Assembly: GCA_965658655.1 (NCBI GenBank)
Contig: CBFHTA010000002.1
Location: 1-64,000 of the forward strand
DNA from: Candidatus Babelota bacterium
Lineage (GTDB): Bacteria; Babelota; Babeliae; Babelales; CAIQNR01
DNA: 64,000 nt
Direction: 5' to 3'
The notes beneath the pieces were generated by a model. It was not told where the DNA came from. It saw nothing but the letters and a program-made list of their open reading frames with translations, and made no database searches. Below, one piece after another: positions 28,189 to 37,600 of this stretch (its first letter is position 1; each line of letters begins with the position of its first letter). The position numbers and the translations under genes were made by a program.

Positions 28189-31100
28189 TTACACCAATCC
28201 TCTTACACCGCTGTCAGTAGCGATGAGAAGCTTTCCAGTACTACCTGCATTTGATATGCCATGTAGGTAAGAAGCCTCTGAGGTTGAACCTGGGTTATAT
28301 ACTAGATGTGCGTGTGGGCTTAGGTTGTTCCACCATTTTGCATGTGATGCGTATGGTTGACCGTAGAGGTTAGCTGTGTTTCCGTCTGATACTACACGGA
28401 ATTTTTGAACAATACGACGAGAACCATCAGAGTAGAAGCCCATTATTGGAGGCTCTTGATCGAAGAGTGTAGGTTCAGTTGCTGTTCCATCGAAAGCGTT
28501 AAACACAGTTGGGTTGTAAGCCCAGTTACCCCATGTTGTACCGTTATTTAGTGCGTCACCGCGTCCTTCAGTCAGAGGTCTTCTGCTCATTTGGTGAATG
28601 TCTACTGCAAAGTAAACGCCTGATCTCTCTTTATGTTCGGCAATACGATTGAACCAGAATGTTGAAGGGTTACGTGTATAAGCAGGTTCATCGAAGGTAA
28701 GCTGGTATGTGTTGTCTGTATTAGGTTCGCTCATTTGTACCCAACCACAAATACCTTGTGCATTGTCTGGATTGCTACCAACATTGTAGTCATTGGTACC
28801 AATAGAGCAAGTTGTGGTCCAAATTCCGTCGTTTGTTAGCATCATGAGTTGTTCTTGTTCACCTATTTGACCAGTACGAGCCTGTGCACCTGAAGTTTGA
28901 GCATCTGAGGTTGTTACGGTTATTACAAAGTCATAGATACGTGCTGGAAGTGTAGAACCTTGGGCGCTACCTGCTATGCTACCTTGTTTTCCTGAAGATG
29001 CAGTTACACAGAAATCTGTGTTTAGAGCGGCAGCAGTACTTTGACGTGTTAAGCGGAAGATTCTGTCTGGTGTTGCTTCATCGTATCCGTGAGTAAGAAT
29101 GTATACTGCACCTCCGCGAGAAACAATCTTAGAAGGAACACCGCTTATACGAGTAAGTTTCTGCCATGTTCGTGCATTTGCTGCTGCTACATCACCAGTA
29201 GTACGGAATGGAGGCATGTTTAGATCGTGTACATCACGAGTATCGAAACCTGCACCAAGATTTGCTGCAGCCCATACATATAATTCACCATTTCCTGGGT
29301 TATTAACATCTTCTACCCCAGCAAAGAAATAACCAGTGTTTGTACTTGAGGCTCTTTCGTTCCACCCAGAGTAAGCAAGGCAACAAACCACTTTTCCAGC
29401 AGCAACTGTTGTAGTTTTTAATGTTCCTGTTGTGCTGTAATCGAAAGCAATGTTGTGTACTACACCTGTATTGGTAGAGAGGAGTTTTCCTGCACTATGT
29501 GCAACACTTGTTCCAGAAGAACCAACTGCAGATCCTGTTATAGCAAAAGATACTTTACCTGCATCGTTACCAAACATAGTAAGACGAGTTGGAGTTGTTG
29601 CACCCCACCCAGTTGTTGAAGAGTTCAAGTCGCAAATTGCAGTACAGTTACCAGCAAGGTGAGACGATGAGTTAAGATTATAGATCAATCCGGTGGAGTC
29701 TTGTGCTGGAGCAGTAGTATTTGCATCTTTTGAATCAGAAGCCCAAGAAGTTAAACGTAAAAGTTTCTTAGTTGTGTCTACACCCCAGATACGAGAAGAA
29801 ATAGCGTCTACTGCAAAGAAGCTAATTCGCCCGTTGTTTGCATTTGTAGCACTATAACCAAGATTTGCAGGTGCAACTCTTTGCCATTCTGTCCAATGAT
29901 CAATTTGACCATGTCTGTTGAAGCATGCTTGTGAGTGCCAAATACCAGGAGAATCTGTATTAGATGCAGCAGCGTCAATAGAACAATAAACAGCATCGCC
30001 ATCTACCCACATTGCGCTTGGCTTCGTTGTTGCGGCACATGGAAGTGGACCGTTACCAACGCGAACTGCGGCGGTGTTTGTTAAGAAAAGGTCACCAGCA
30101 TTTGTTGCAACAGTTGAGTAGTCTCCTGTTGTTACATCTGCAAATTTACCGTTATTAGCTGCTGTAGCATTTCCAACTACAAGAGGTGTAGCCCATACGC
30201 GGTTAGAAACAGCAGAAGAACCAGCAATTGCCGTTGAGCCACCGTGTCCGTTACCACCGTTTACAATTAAGTATGCAAAACGAGTTCCGTCTGAGGGTCC
30301 AGTTGAAGTGTGCATTACTTTAAGGTTGTGGTAAGTAAGAGACGCACGAGTCCCTGCAGTACTAGAACCGCCACCACCAACACCAACAATGTGAGAACCT
30401 GTTAGAACAAGAGATCCACCTGCTTCTGTGTCACCGCTTTGATCTAAGTTTGTTAGAGTGTTGTTGTCAGGATCTACTTGGAATATTTGCACACCCCAAC
30501 CACCTGTGTGGTCGTATTCTACGTTTGAAGTTGTGTAGTTTACACCAACATAAAGACGTTTTAATGTTTGGCTATAGTACATAGCTGGAGCGCGGCCGTT
30601 TTCTCCGAGTTGAACATTTGTATCAAGCGCTGACCCAAAATTTAGAGAGTAGGTTTGGCTAAGGTCGCTTGAGACAACAGAAGATGGAGCTTTAGCTCTT
30701 TGAGTCATTGTGTAATCGTCTTCTCCACATTCAACCATTACAACACCGTCACCTGCATGATACCCAAAGTTTCCACGATTTGCATCGTGACCAGCATCAT
30801 CTTTAACAGCTACAAAAGCATACGTTTTATTGTTAGTTGTTCCATAGGCGTTACCTGCAACCACTGTCATTGTATAGCAACATGCAGCTGTTGAATTAGC
30901 ATCTGTAAGTTTCAAAGCGTTAGGGTTAGAAGGAATTCCGGTTGTTGTAATAACCATCAATGGGTGGCCTACATTGCTTGTTGCAAGCGAATCGTTGTTG
31001 CCTTGAGAACTCAAGAAGAAGATTTTTGCTTTAGAGAAATTCTCTGGACTAGTAATGTCGTTTGCTACAGCTACGGCTTGGATACTGCTATTTCTGATAG

Positions 31101-31425
31101 CCATTAAACCAGCAGCTGTGCTTGATTCGGCGATACCTGTGTAGGTTGGAACCGTGTCGAGCATTGCGTGAGAACCCGCAGAATTAGCTGTAACTGTGTT
31201 GCTTGCAAAACCAAGAGCGTCTTCACTTGCTTGTTTGCCTAGACCAAATACCATAGTTCCAGATGGTCTATGGAACGCTGCAGCTTGTGCAACCTTTTGG
31301 AACGTTTCTCCTGAAGAGGCACCGCCATCTGTGTTAGGCACTACTTTTGTTACGGCATGTAAACGCGGGGCGCATACAGCAGAGCAAAGTAGTAGTAATA
31401 AACTATATTTCATGAATTGTTTCAT
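28189..31425 (-). CDS. Large secreted beta-rich (propeller/adhesin-like) surface protein
   Basis: Signal ...APRLHA; rich in G/S/T/A/N; recurrent short beta-strand patterns. Confidence 0.75.
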   Translation of the reverse strand: MKQFMKYSLLLLLCSAVCAPRLHAVTKVVPNTDGGASSGETFQKVAQAAAFHRPSGTMVFGLGKQASEDALGFASNTVTANSAGSHAMLDTVPTYTGIAESSTAAGLMAIRNSSIQAVAVANDITSPENFSKAKIFFLSSQGNNDSLATSNVGHPLMVITTTGIPSNPNALKLTDANSTAACCYTMTVVAGNAYGTTNNKTYAFVAVKDDAGHDANRGNFGYHAGDGVVMVECGEDDYTMTQRAKAPSSVVSSDLSQTYSLNFGSALDTNVQLGENGRAPAMYYSQTLKRLYVGVNYTTSNVEYDHTGGWGVQIFQVDPDNNTLTNLDQSGDTEAGGSLVLTGSHIVGVGGGGSSTAGTRASLTYHNLKVMHTSTGPSDGTRFAYLIVNGGNGHGGSTAIAGSSAVSNRVWATPLVVGNATAANNGKFADVTTGDYSTVATNAGDLFLTNTAAVRVGNGPLPCAATTKPSAMWVDGDAVYCSIDAAASNTDSPGIWHSQACFNRHGQIDHWTEWQRVAPANLGYSATNANNGRISFFAVDAISSRIWGVDTTKKLLRLTSWASDSKDANTTAPAQDSTGLIYNLNSSSHLAGNCTAICDLNSSTTGWGATTPTRLTMFGNDAGKVSFAITGSAVGSSGTSVAHSAGKLLSTNTGVVHNIAFDYSTTGTLKTTTVAAGKVVCCLAYSGWNERASSTNTGYFFAGVEDVNNPGNGELYVWAAANLGAGFDTRDVHDLNMPPFRTTGDVAAANARTWQKLTRISGVPSKIVSRGGAVYILTHGYDEATPDRIFRLTRQSTAAALNTDFCVTASSGKQGSIAGSAQGSTLPARIYDFVITVTTSDAQTSGAQARTGQIGEQEQLMMLTNDGIWTTTCSIGTNDYNVGSNPDNAQGICGWVQMSEPNTDNTYQLTFDEPAYTRNPSTFWFNRIAEHKERSGVYFAVDIHQMSRRPLTEGRGDALNNGTTWGNWAYNPTVFNAFDGTATEPTLFDQEPPIMGFYSDGSRRIVQKFRVVSDGNTANLYGQPYASHAKWWNNLSPHAHLVYNPGSTSEASYLHGISNAGSTGKLLIATDSGVRGLV

Positions 31426-31450
31426 GAGATTGACTCCCTTTCTTTTTAAA

Positions 31451-32782
31451 TTAGAAATCCATTGCTACATTAACACCGGCTGTACCACCACCTACATCAG
31501 TTGCAAAGATATATTTACCTTTGACTGGTCTGCTGTAGAAAACTGAGAAGCATGGATTCCAGCGACGGCCTTCTTCTGCCATGTCGTACTCAAGAGTAAC
31601 GGTTAGAGCGTGTTGATCCCAGCCTTTGAGCATATCATCAGCATTTACATGATCAGGTTCAAATTTTACGGTATCAACTGGAGTCAACATCGATTTACCT
31701 TGATGAGCGTAGTTGTAACCAAGCATTAATGAGATACCTTTAAAGATGTGATCTGCTTTAAGATACCCACCTGCATGCCAAATGTTACCCATATCGTACT
31801 CAGCATCACCTTTTTGAAGTTTTAACCAACCACTTTGGTGTTTGTTAGTTTGCATACGAAGGTTAAGTGTTTTGTCTAGGAAGAAGAGTCCACCAACGTG
31901 AGCACCGAGTGTTATCCACTCATAGAACCCAAGACCAAGGTCAAACTCAGCACCAATTCCTGTATGCTTTTCATAACCAAGTGCTAACTCAAACGCTTTA
32001 TTTTGGTCACGTTTTTTTGCTGTTGGAAGAGAAACGCCAAGTTTAATAGTGGTGTCTAAGAAATCTAATCCTTCTATATCGTCGTGATTGCAAGTCCAAC
32101 CACCAGAAAGCATTAGGTCACCAACGCCAGTTGTAGAGGCATCACCAATATTCAAGTCATAAGGAGAAGATGCGAGTGTGGTTGCCAGGTTACTTCCACT
32201 TACAGCTATTTCTTCAGCTAGAAAACCAACAAGACGAATTAGTGCTCCACGACCAAGCATGCCCAATCGCGTAAAATCTGCAGTGCTTGTAATGTTTTTG
32301 TGACTTATATTAGATATTTTAAGTTTTTTAATAGGTAGATTTGCGCTTAAGAAGAAGCCATTACAGAAGTTTTGGGTGTAAGAAAGATTTGCTTCAAACA
32401 AGCTGTATTTACCATCAAACTTGATACCAATATCTGCATTTGGATGTATACCTGCACCTAAGGTCAAAGTAAAAAGATCTCCAAGCGCACCAAGTATGCC
32501 ACTTGGGTCTCCGACAGCATTTACTCCTAGTGTACCGAGATGGTCAATGCCATAAATGCTAAGGGCATTTACTTTATCTTTGTTGAAGTCGTACCCTTTT
32601 TTGGCACGTCCACCCATGAGTTCGAGCTCAAATGTTGCCATACAGTTTCGTTCGTAGCGAGTTTCGTGAGCAGTTTGCCCAGATCTGTGGCGAAATTTAG
32701 TATTCATTTGCTTTGCGAATACTGTCATTGGAGCGAGAAGCAATGCGACGAAAAGGGCGCTATGCGAGAAGAGTTTCTTCAT
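31451..32782 (-). CDS. Putative outer-membrane beta-barrel protein
   Basis: Signal ...TVFA; alternating hydrophobic strands; C-terminal Phe; similar layout to 52561-54111. Confidence 0.7.
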   Translation of the reverse strand: MKKLFSHSALFVALLLAPMTVFAKQMNTKFRHRSGQTAHETRYERNCMATFELELMGGRAKKGYDFNKDKVNALSIYGIDHLGTLGVNAVGDPSGILGALGDLFTLTLGAGIHPNADIGIKFDGKYSLFEANLSYTQNFCNGFFLSANLPIKKLKISNISHKNITSTADFTRLGMLGRGALIRLVGFLAEEIAVSGSNLATTLASSPYDLNIGDASTTGVGDLMLSGGWTCNHDDIEGLDFLDTTIKLGVSLPTAKKRDQNKAFELALGYEKHTGIGAEFDLGLGFYEWITLGAHVGGLFFLDKTLNLRMQTNKHQSGWLKLQKGDAEYDMGNIWHAGGYLKADHIFKGISLMLGYNYAHQGKSMLTPVDTVKFEPDHVNADDMLKGWDQHALTVTLEYDMAEEGRRWNPCFSVFYSRPVKGKYIFATDVGGGTAGVNVAMDF

Positions 32783-32985
32783 TCGTACTTCCTTTTTTTT
32801 TGAAGGTTTATTAACTCTACTGATTTTTTCTCTCTATTAACTTTATTAGAAAATTAATAATAAAAAGTAAAGAGATTCGTTAGGTTCTCTGTGGTGTCTC
32901 CTTGTATATGAAGGGTTCTTTGATATACTTTAATCATTATAGTTCTCATTCCTAATTACAACTTATCAAAAAGTCAAGGGACTCT

Positions 32986-33513
32986 ATGTTTGGTAAAAAG
33001 AAAGATTTTAAAGAGCCTGTTCAAGAGGGTTCAGAAAATATTGAAGAAAAAGAAATTAAAGATTCATCGATTGAGCAGACTCCAGAAGAAGAAAATGCAC
33101 TTGCTCAATTAGCACGATTGACAGCTGATTTTCAGAATTACAAAAAACGTGTAGAAAAAGATCGTGCAATGTGGATGGATCGTTCTTCTATGGATCTTCT
33201 TTTACCGTTATTGTCGGTTGTGGATGATTTTGATCGTGCGCTGCAAGATGCAGAAAAGAATAAAAATCAAGAAACGCTTCAAGAATGGATTAAGGGCTTT
33301 GCCATGATTCGTAAGGCATTGTACGATTTTCTTGCGCAACAAAAAGTAGTTGTTATTGAACAAGTACAAACGTTTGATCCATTGTTGCATGAAGCGGTTA
33401 TGCAGGTAGAGTCTGCTGATCACAAGAGTGGAGATGTTGTGCAGGTTATGCAAACCGGTTACATGTACAAAGATAAAGTTCTACGAACAGCTAAAGTAAG
33501 TGTTGCAAAATAA
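32986..33513 (+). CDS. grpE: Nucleotide exchange factor GrpE
   Basis: RLTADFQNYKKR, LLSVVDDFDRAL, FDPLLHEAV, GYMYKDKVLRTAKVSV. Confidence 0.96.
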   Translation: MFGKKKDFKEPVQEGSENIEEKEIKDSSIEQTPEEENALAQLARLTADFQNYKKRVEKDRAMWMDRSSMDLLLPLLSVVDDFDRALQDAEKNKNQETLQEWIKGFAMIRKALYDFLAQQKVVVIEQVQTFDPLLHEAVMQVESADHKSGDVVQVMQTGYMYKDKVLRTAKVSVAK

Positions 33514-34623
33514 CTACTTGATTATTGCAACAAGAAGTTCGATCACAATAAGAACAATAATGAGTGTGGAAAGTAAATCTTCTCTAATAGAGTTTACTTT
33601 GTTTTGATAAATTGAGCGTACATCTCTGATGATCTCGAGTTTTTCGTCAACAGAAGTTTTCCACGTATTAATCTCAAGTTTCTTAACAAGTAAATCATAA
33701 ACTTTTGAATAGTACGGCTCACCGGCGAGTTTAATGCTGTTGGTGAGTCGTTCTGTGATTACAGAAATTTCTACTTTAAGTTTAGAAAGTTCACTTAAAG
33801 GGTCATACAGAGTACCAATAAAAGGCAGGTATGAGTAGGGTGAAGGTTTCTGTATTGTTTGATTATAAACACTATCTAATTTACTATCGAGCAATTTATC
33901 GAAATACTGTAATTGAAGTTGTTGGATTAAGGCTTGTTCAAAAAAGTCTAATAATTCTTCTGGTTCTTTATCGTATACAAAAGCTGCTTCTGTATCGATG
34001 ATAACTAAATCTCGTTTGTAATACCCTGTGGTAGATTGCAAAATTTCTTTCATTTGGAATTCTGATATTGTTTGTTTTTCGAATCGTAGGGCAGAGGCAA
34101 TTGTTGGTCCATATTGCTTTATAAACATTGCATTAGAGGATTGCTCTGTTTGCGGTTCTATATGTGTTACCACATACGAGTTTCTATGATGAAATGTTTT
34201 AGCATGAGAGATATGGTCTTTTATTTGGTTAAGTAAATATGAAGCATCTTCTGTGCTTTTAATTTTATATTGTTCATTAAGCTTGCTGATCCTGCTTTGG
34301 AGTGTTTCTAAGGATCCTTTAAATGGTATTTTATAAATAATAGAAACTGCACCAAAGTGGTGTATGTTTGCGTATAAACATCTAGCCGTGTCAGGTGTTT
34401 GGCTGCTACATAACTCAATGGTTAGTGGCGTGTGAAAGTGTTTGAAATGTTTTGGCCAAGTGCGTGGACAGGTATGAATTGAAGGTAAAGCTTTAACCTT
34501 TTCTAGATCAACATCATCACCCATATCAAAGCCATAGAACAAATAGATTGAACCCGAAAATATATGTTCGGGTTCTTGAGAAATTTTTGTTGTGACAATA
34601 GGTTTTTTATTTTTTGTGTCCAT
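33514..34623 (-). CDS. Conserved hypothetical protein with C-terminal TM helix (RMD1/DUF155-like, tentative)
   Basis: HFGAVSI, QLQYFDKLLD, C-terminal LSTLIIVLIVIELLVAI. Confidence 0.55.
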   Translation of the reverse strand: MDTKNKKPIVTTKISQEPEHIFSGSIYLFYGFDMGDDVDLEKVKALPSIHTCPRTWPKHFKHFHTPLTIELCSSQTPDTARCLYANIHHFGAVSIIYKIPFKGSLETLQSRISKLNEQYKIKSTEDASYLLNQIKDHISHAKTFHHRNSYVVTHIEPQTEQSSNAMFIKQYGPTIASALRFEKQTISEFQMKEILQSTTGYYKRDLVIIDTEAAFVYDKEPEELLDFFEQALIQQLQLQYFDKLLDSKLDSVYNQTIQKPSPYSYLPFIGTLYDPLSELSKLKVEISVITERLTNSIKLAGEPYYSKVYDLLVKKLEINTWKTSVDEKLEIIRDVRSIYQNKVNSIREDLLSTLIIVLIVIELLVAIIK

Positions 34624-34641
34624 TCCTTATTATTCCTTTGT

Positions 34642-37600
34642 CTAAGATATAAATGCCTTAATGAAGTTAGTTACTTTATGACCAATTGATTTTACTGTTT
34701 CCCATAGATTAGTGAACCAGTTTTCTGTGTTTTGGGTTGTTATAGTTTCACTTGTTGATTGGTCTGAGTCTGTAGCACTAATTTTGTTACGTCTTGTTAA
34801 CGGCCTTTTTTGTTGTTGGTAATTAACAGGGCGATCAACAGGTACAAATTTTGATGATGTCGACCTTTTTTCGTCTCTATCGGTAACAGAACTTATTACA
34901 ATTGGAGTTTTAGGTTTTCGTAGCCACGATTTTATATCGCCAACAGGTGAAGTAAATCCTGTAAATCTTTCACCAATAGTTTTGCTTGAAGGCAATCCCA
35001 CTCGTGTTCCCAACGATTTGTTTCTTGGGGGTATAGGTGGTGCAAAGGTACTTGATGGTATAGCTGCAGGTACGGTTTGAGCAATGTTTTTCATTGTGGG
35101 TTTCTGTTCTTGTTTATTGTTTATAATACTATGATTTTGACGATTGTTGTCTGCATTTTCCTTTATTTGATCGTTATTATTTTTTGAATCGGTATCTTTT
35201 TGTATGTCTTCTTCTTTGATACTTCGTGGTGTAGAAGCAACTTCATCTTCTGTTCCTGTGTCTACAGGTGTAACAGTAGAACCGTTTTCGTCATCGCCAC
35301 CTCTTTCTGTCTCCTCTGAACTATCTGTATGAATAGGTCTTGGAAAACGAGGCATTGGATCTGTTAGTATATCTACTGTATCAGTATTGTCAGTATCAGT
35401 ATTGTCAGTATTAGTATTGTCAGTATTAGTATTGTCAGTATTAGTATTGTCAGTATTAGTATTGTCAGTATTAGTAGACATATTATGCGTCACTGTTACT
35501 AATGGTCTTTCTTTTGGGGTAACGGGTGGAACAACTCTTGGTGATTTTATCACTCTTCTTGGGGGGGTATAGGGGGCAATTCTTCGTTTGCTTCCAAAAA
35601 GCTCTTCGAAATATTGTATTAATTTTCCAACTCTTCCTCGACTAGGTTTCTCTATTCTTCTTAGAGGAATACGAGGAATACGTGGACAAGGGACTCCTCC
35701 TCTTTTGTCAACAACATTTGGTTTAACTTTTTTTCTGTCCCCAAAACGAAGACCAACCTTTGAAGGTTGCGCCACTCTTCTTGTATCAACATGTGGACGA
35801 CCGATTGTAGCAATATCCGGGTTAACTGGACGATTAAGACCATTTTTAAATTCTTCAACTCTTCCTCTTAGAGGAACACGTGGACGACCGACTCCTCCTC
35901 TTTTGGGAACAACATTTGGGTTAACTTTTTTTCTGTCCCTAAAACGACGACCAAACTTTGTCGGTTGCGCCGCTCTTCTTGTAGCAGCAACATCTGGGAC
36001 AACTCTTTCTGCGCCTCTAGAGAAAGGATTACTCAAAAAGTTTCTAAATTGTTCCCACATTCCTTGACTAGGTTGTTCTATGTCTCTTGGTCCAGTAGAT
36101 GGACGACCGTTTTGTTCGCTTATTGGTTGAGAAGCTTTTTTTGTACGTTTTTTTCTTTTTTTGACTTTATTCCAGTAGTTTCTGAATTTATTCATAGGGA
36201 ATTTCTTTATAGGCTTTTTAAAGTTTTTTGATGGTTCTGAAGTGCCTGTTTGTGATTCACTAGTCTTAGCTACTTTTTCTGCTTGTATCCTTCTTTTGGG
36301 AAAAATATGTGGAGTGTCGTTTGTTGGTATTTTTTTTACTTGTGTCGGTCTGGGGTTACTCTGTTTTATGCCTCCAGAAAGCCTTTCAAGGAGATTTGTT
36401 AATGCTGTAACGTTACCCTGTTCTATCTCTTCAGAAGCTTTTTTTGTACGTTTTTTTCTTTTTTTGAAGTTATTCCAGTAGTTTCTGAATTTCTTTATAG
36501 TGAATTTCTTTATAGGCTTTTTAAAGTTTTTTGATGGTTCTGAAGTGCCTGTTTGTGATTCACTAGTCTTAGCTCCTTTTCCTGCTTGTATCCTTCTTTT
36601 GGGAAAAATATGTGGAGTGTCGTTTGTTGGTATTTTTTTTACTTGTGTCGGTCTGGGGTTACTCTGTTTTATGCCTCCAGAAAGCCTTTCAAAGAAGTTT
36701 TTTAATGTTTTAACGTTACCTTGTTGTATCTCACTAATTTCAGCTACTTGGCCTGGTTGTACTGCTCTTCTTGGAGCAATATGTGGAATTTTGTCTAGTC
36801 GTATTTTTTCTTTCAGATTACGTACTTTTTGTGTTCGGTTATTATTATTAAACCATATATTTTTAAGCTCAGCAGCCTCGGCTTCAAGTAATCGAGTACC
36901 ATTATTTTTTGCATCTCGCCCAACTGATTTTCGTACTGCCGGTTGTCGCGCAGGATGAACAGGCAATGGGTTTAGTGGTTTTATTGGATCCGTAAGTGTT
37001 TTTCGTGGAAGTTGTTCAAGAATGCTTCTACGATTCTTCAGTTGTTGTATGATTCTTTTTGCAGCTTGGCGTGTTTTTGGGTGTACGCTCGCGGCACCAG
37101 TTGCTGCAAAACCTAATAATTTTACAAGTTCATCTTGGCGATCGGTAGTAAATTCTTTTATTCGTTCCAACGCAGAAGGGTTATTCTCTGTAGTTAGCAC
37201 TTTGCTGGGTTGGTCTTTATGCAGTACCAATGCTTTTGATTGGTTAGTAGCGGGTAATAGTGCTCTTCTGTTGTGTTGTTGTGTATAAAATGTTTGTAAC
37301 ATTTTTTCAAGCTCTGGTGCTAATGCTTGTGCAGCTTCTTGTGGAGTTTTTTGTCCTCCAGGGTTGAATATATTTGTTTCTAATATTTTATCTAGAAGTT
37401 TTTTTAAATCTTTTCTGTTAACAGTAATTCTTTGTGTTGGTCCTGTTTCTTTATTCTTTTGTTTAATAGGAACAAGTCCTGTTTCTTTATCTGTGTATGG
37501 TACAATTGCACTTGAACGTTGGTTTGTTGTTTGTTCAAAATAGTCCGCTAATTTATCCGCTATTTCAGCAGTGGTGGTTTGTGCTCTGTTGTATTGAGTA

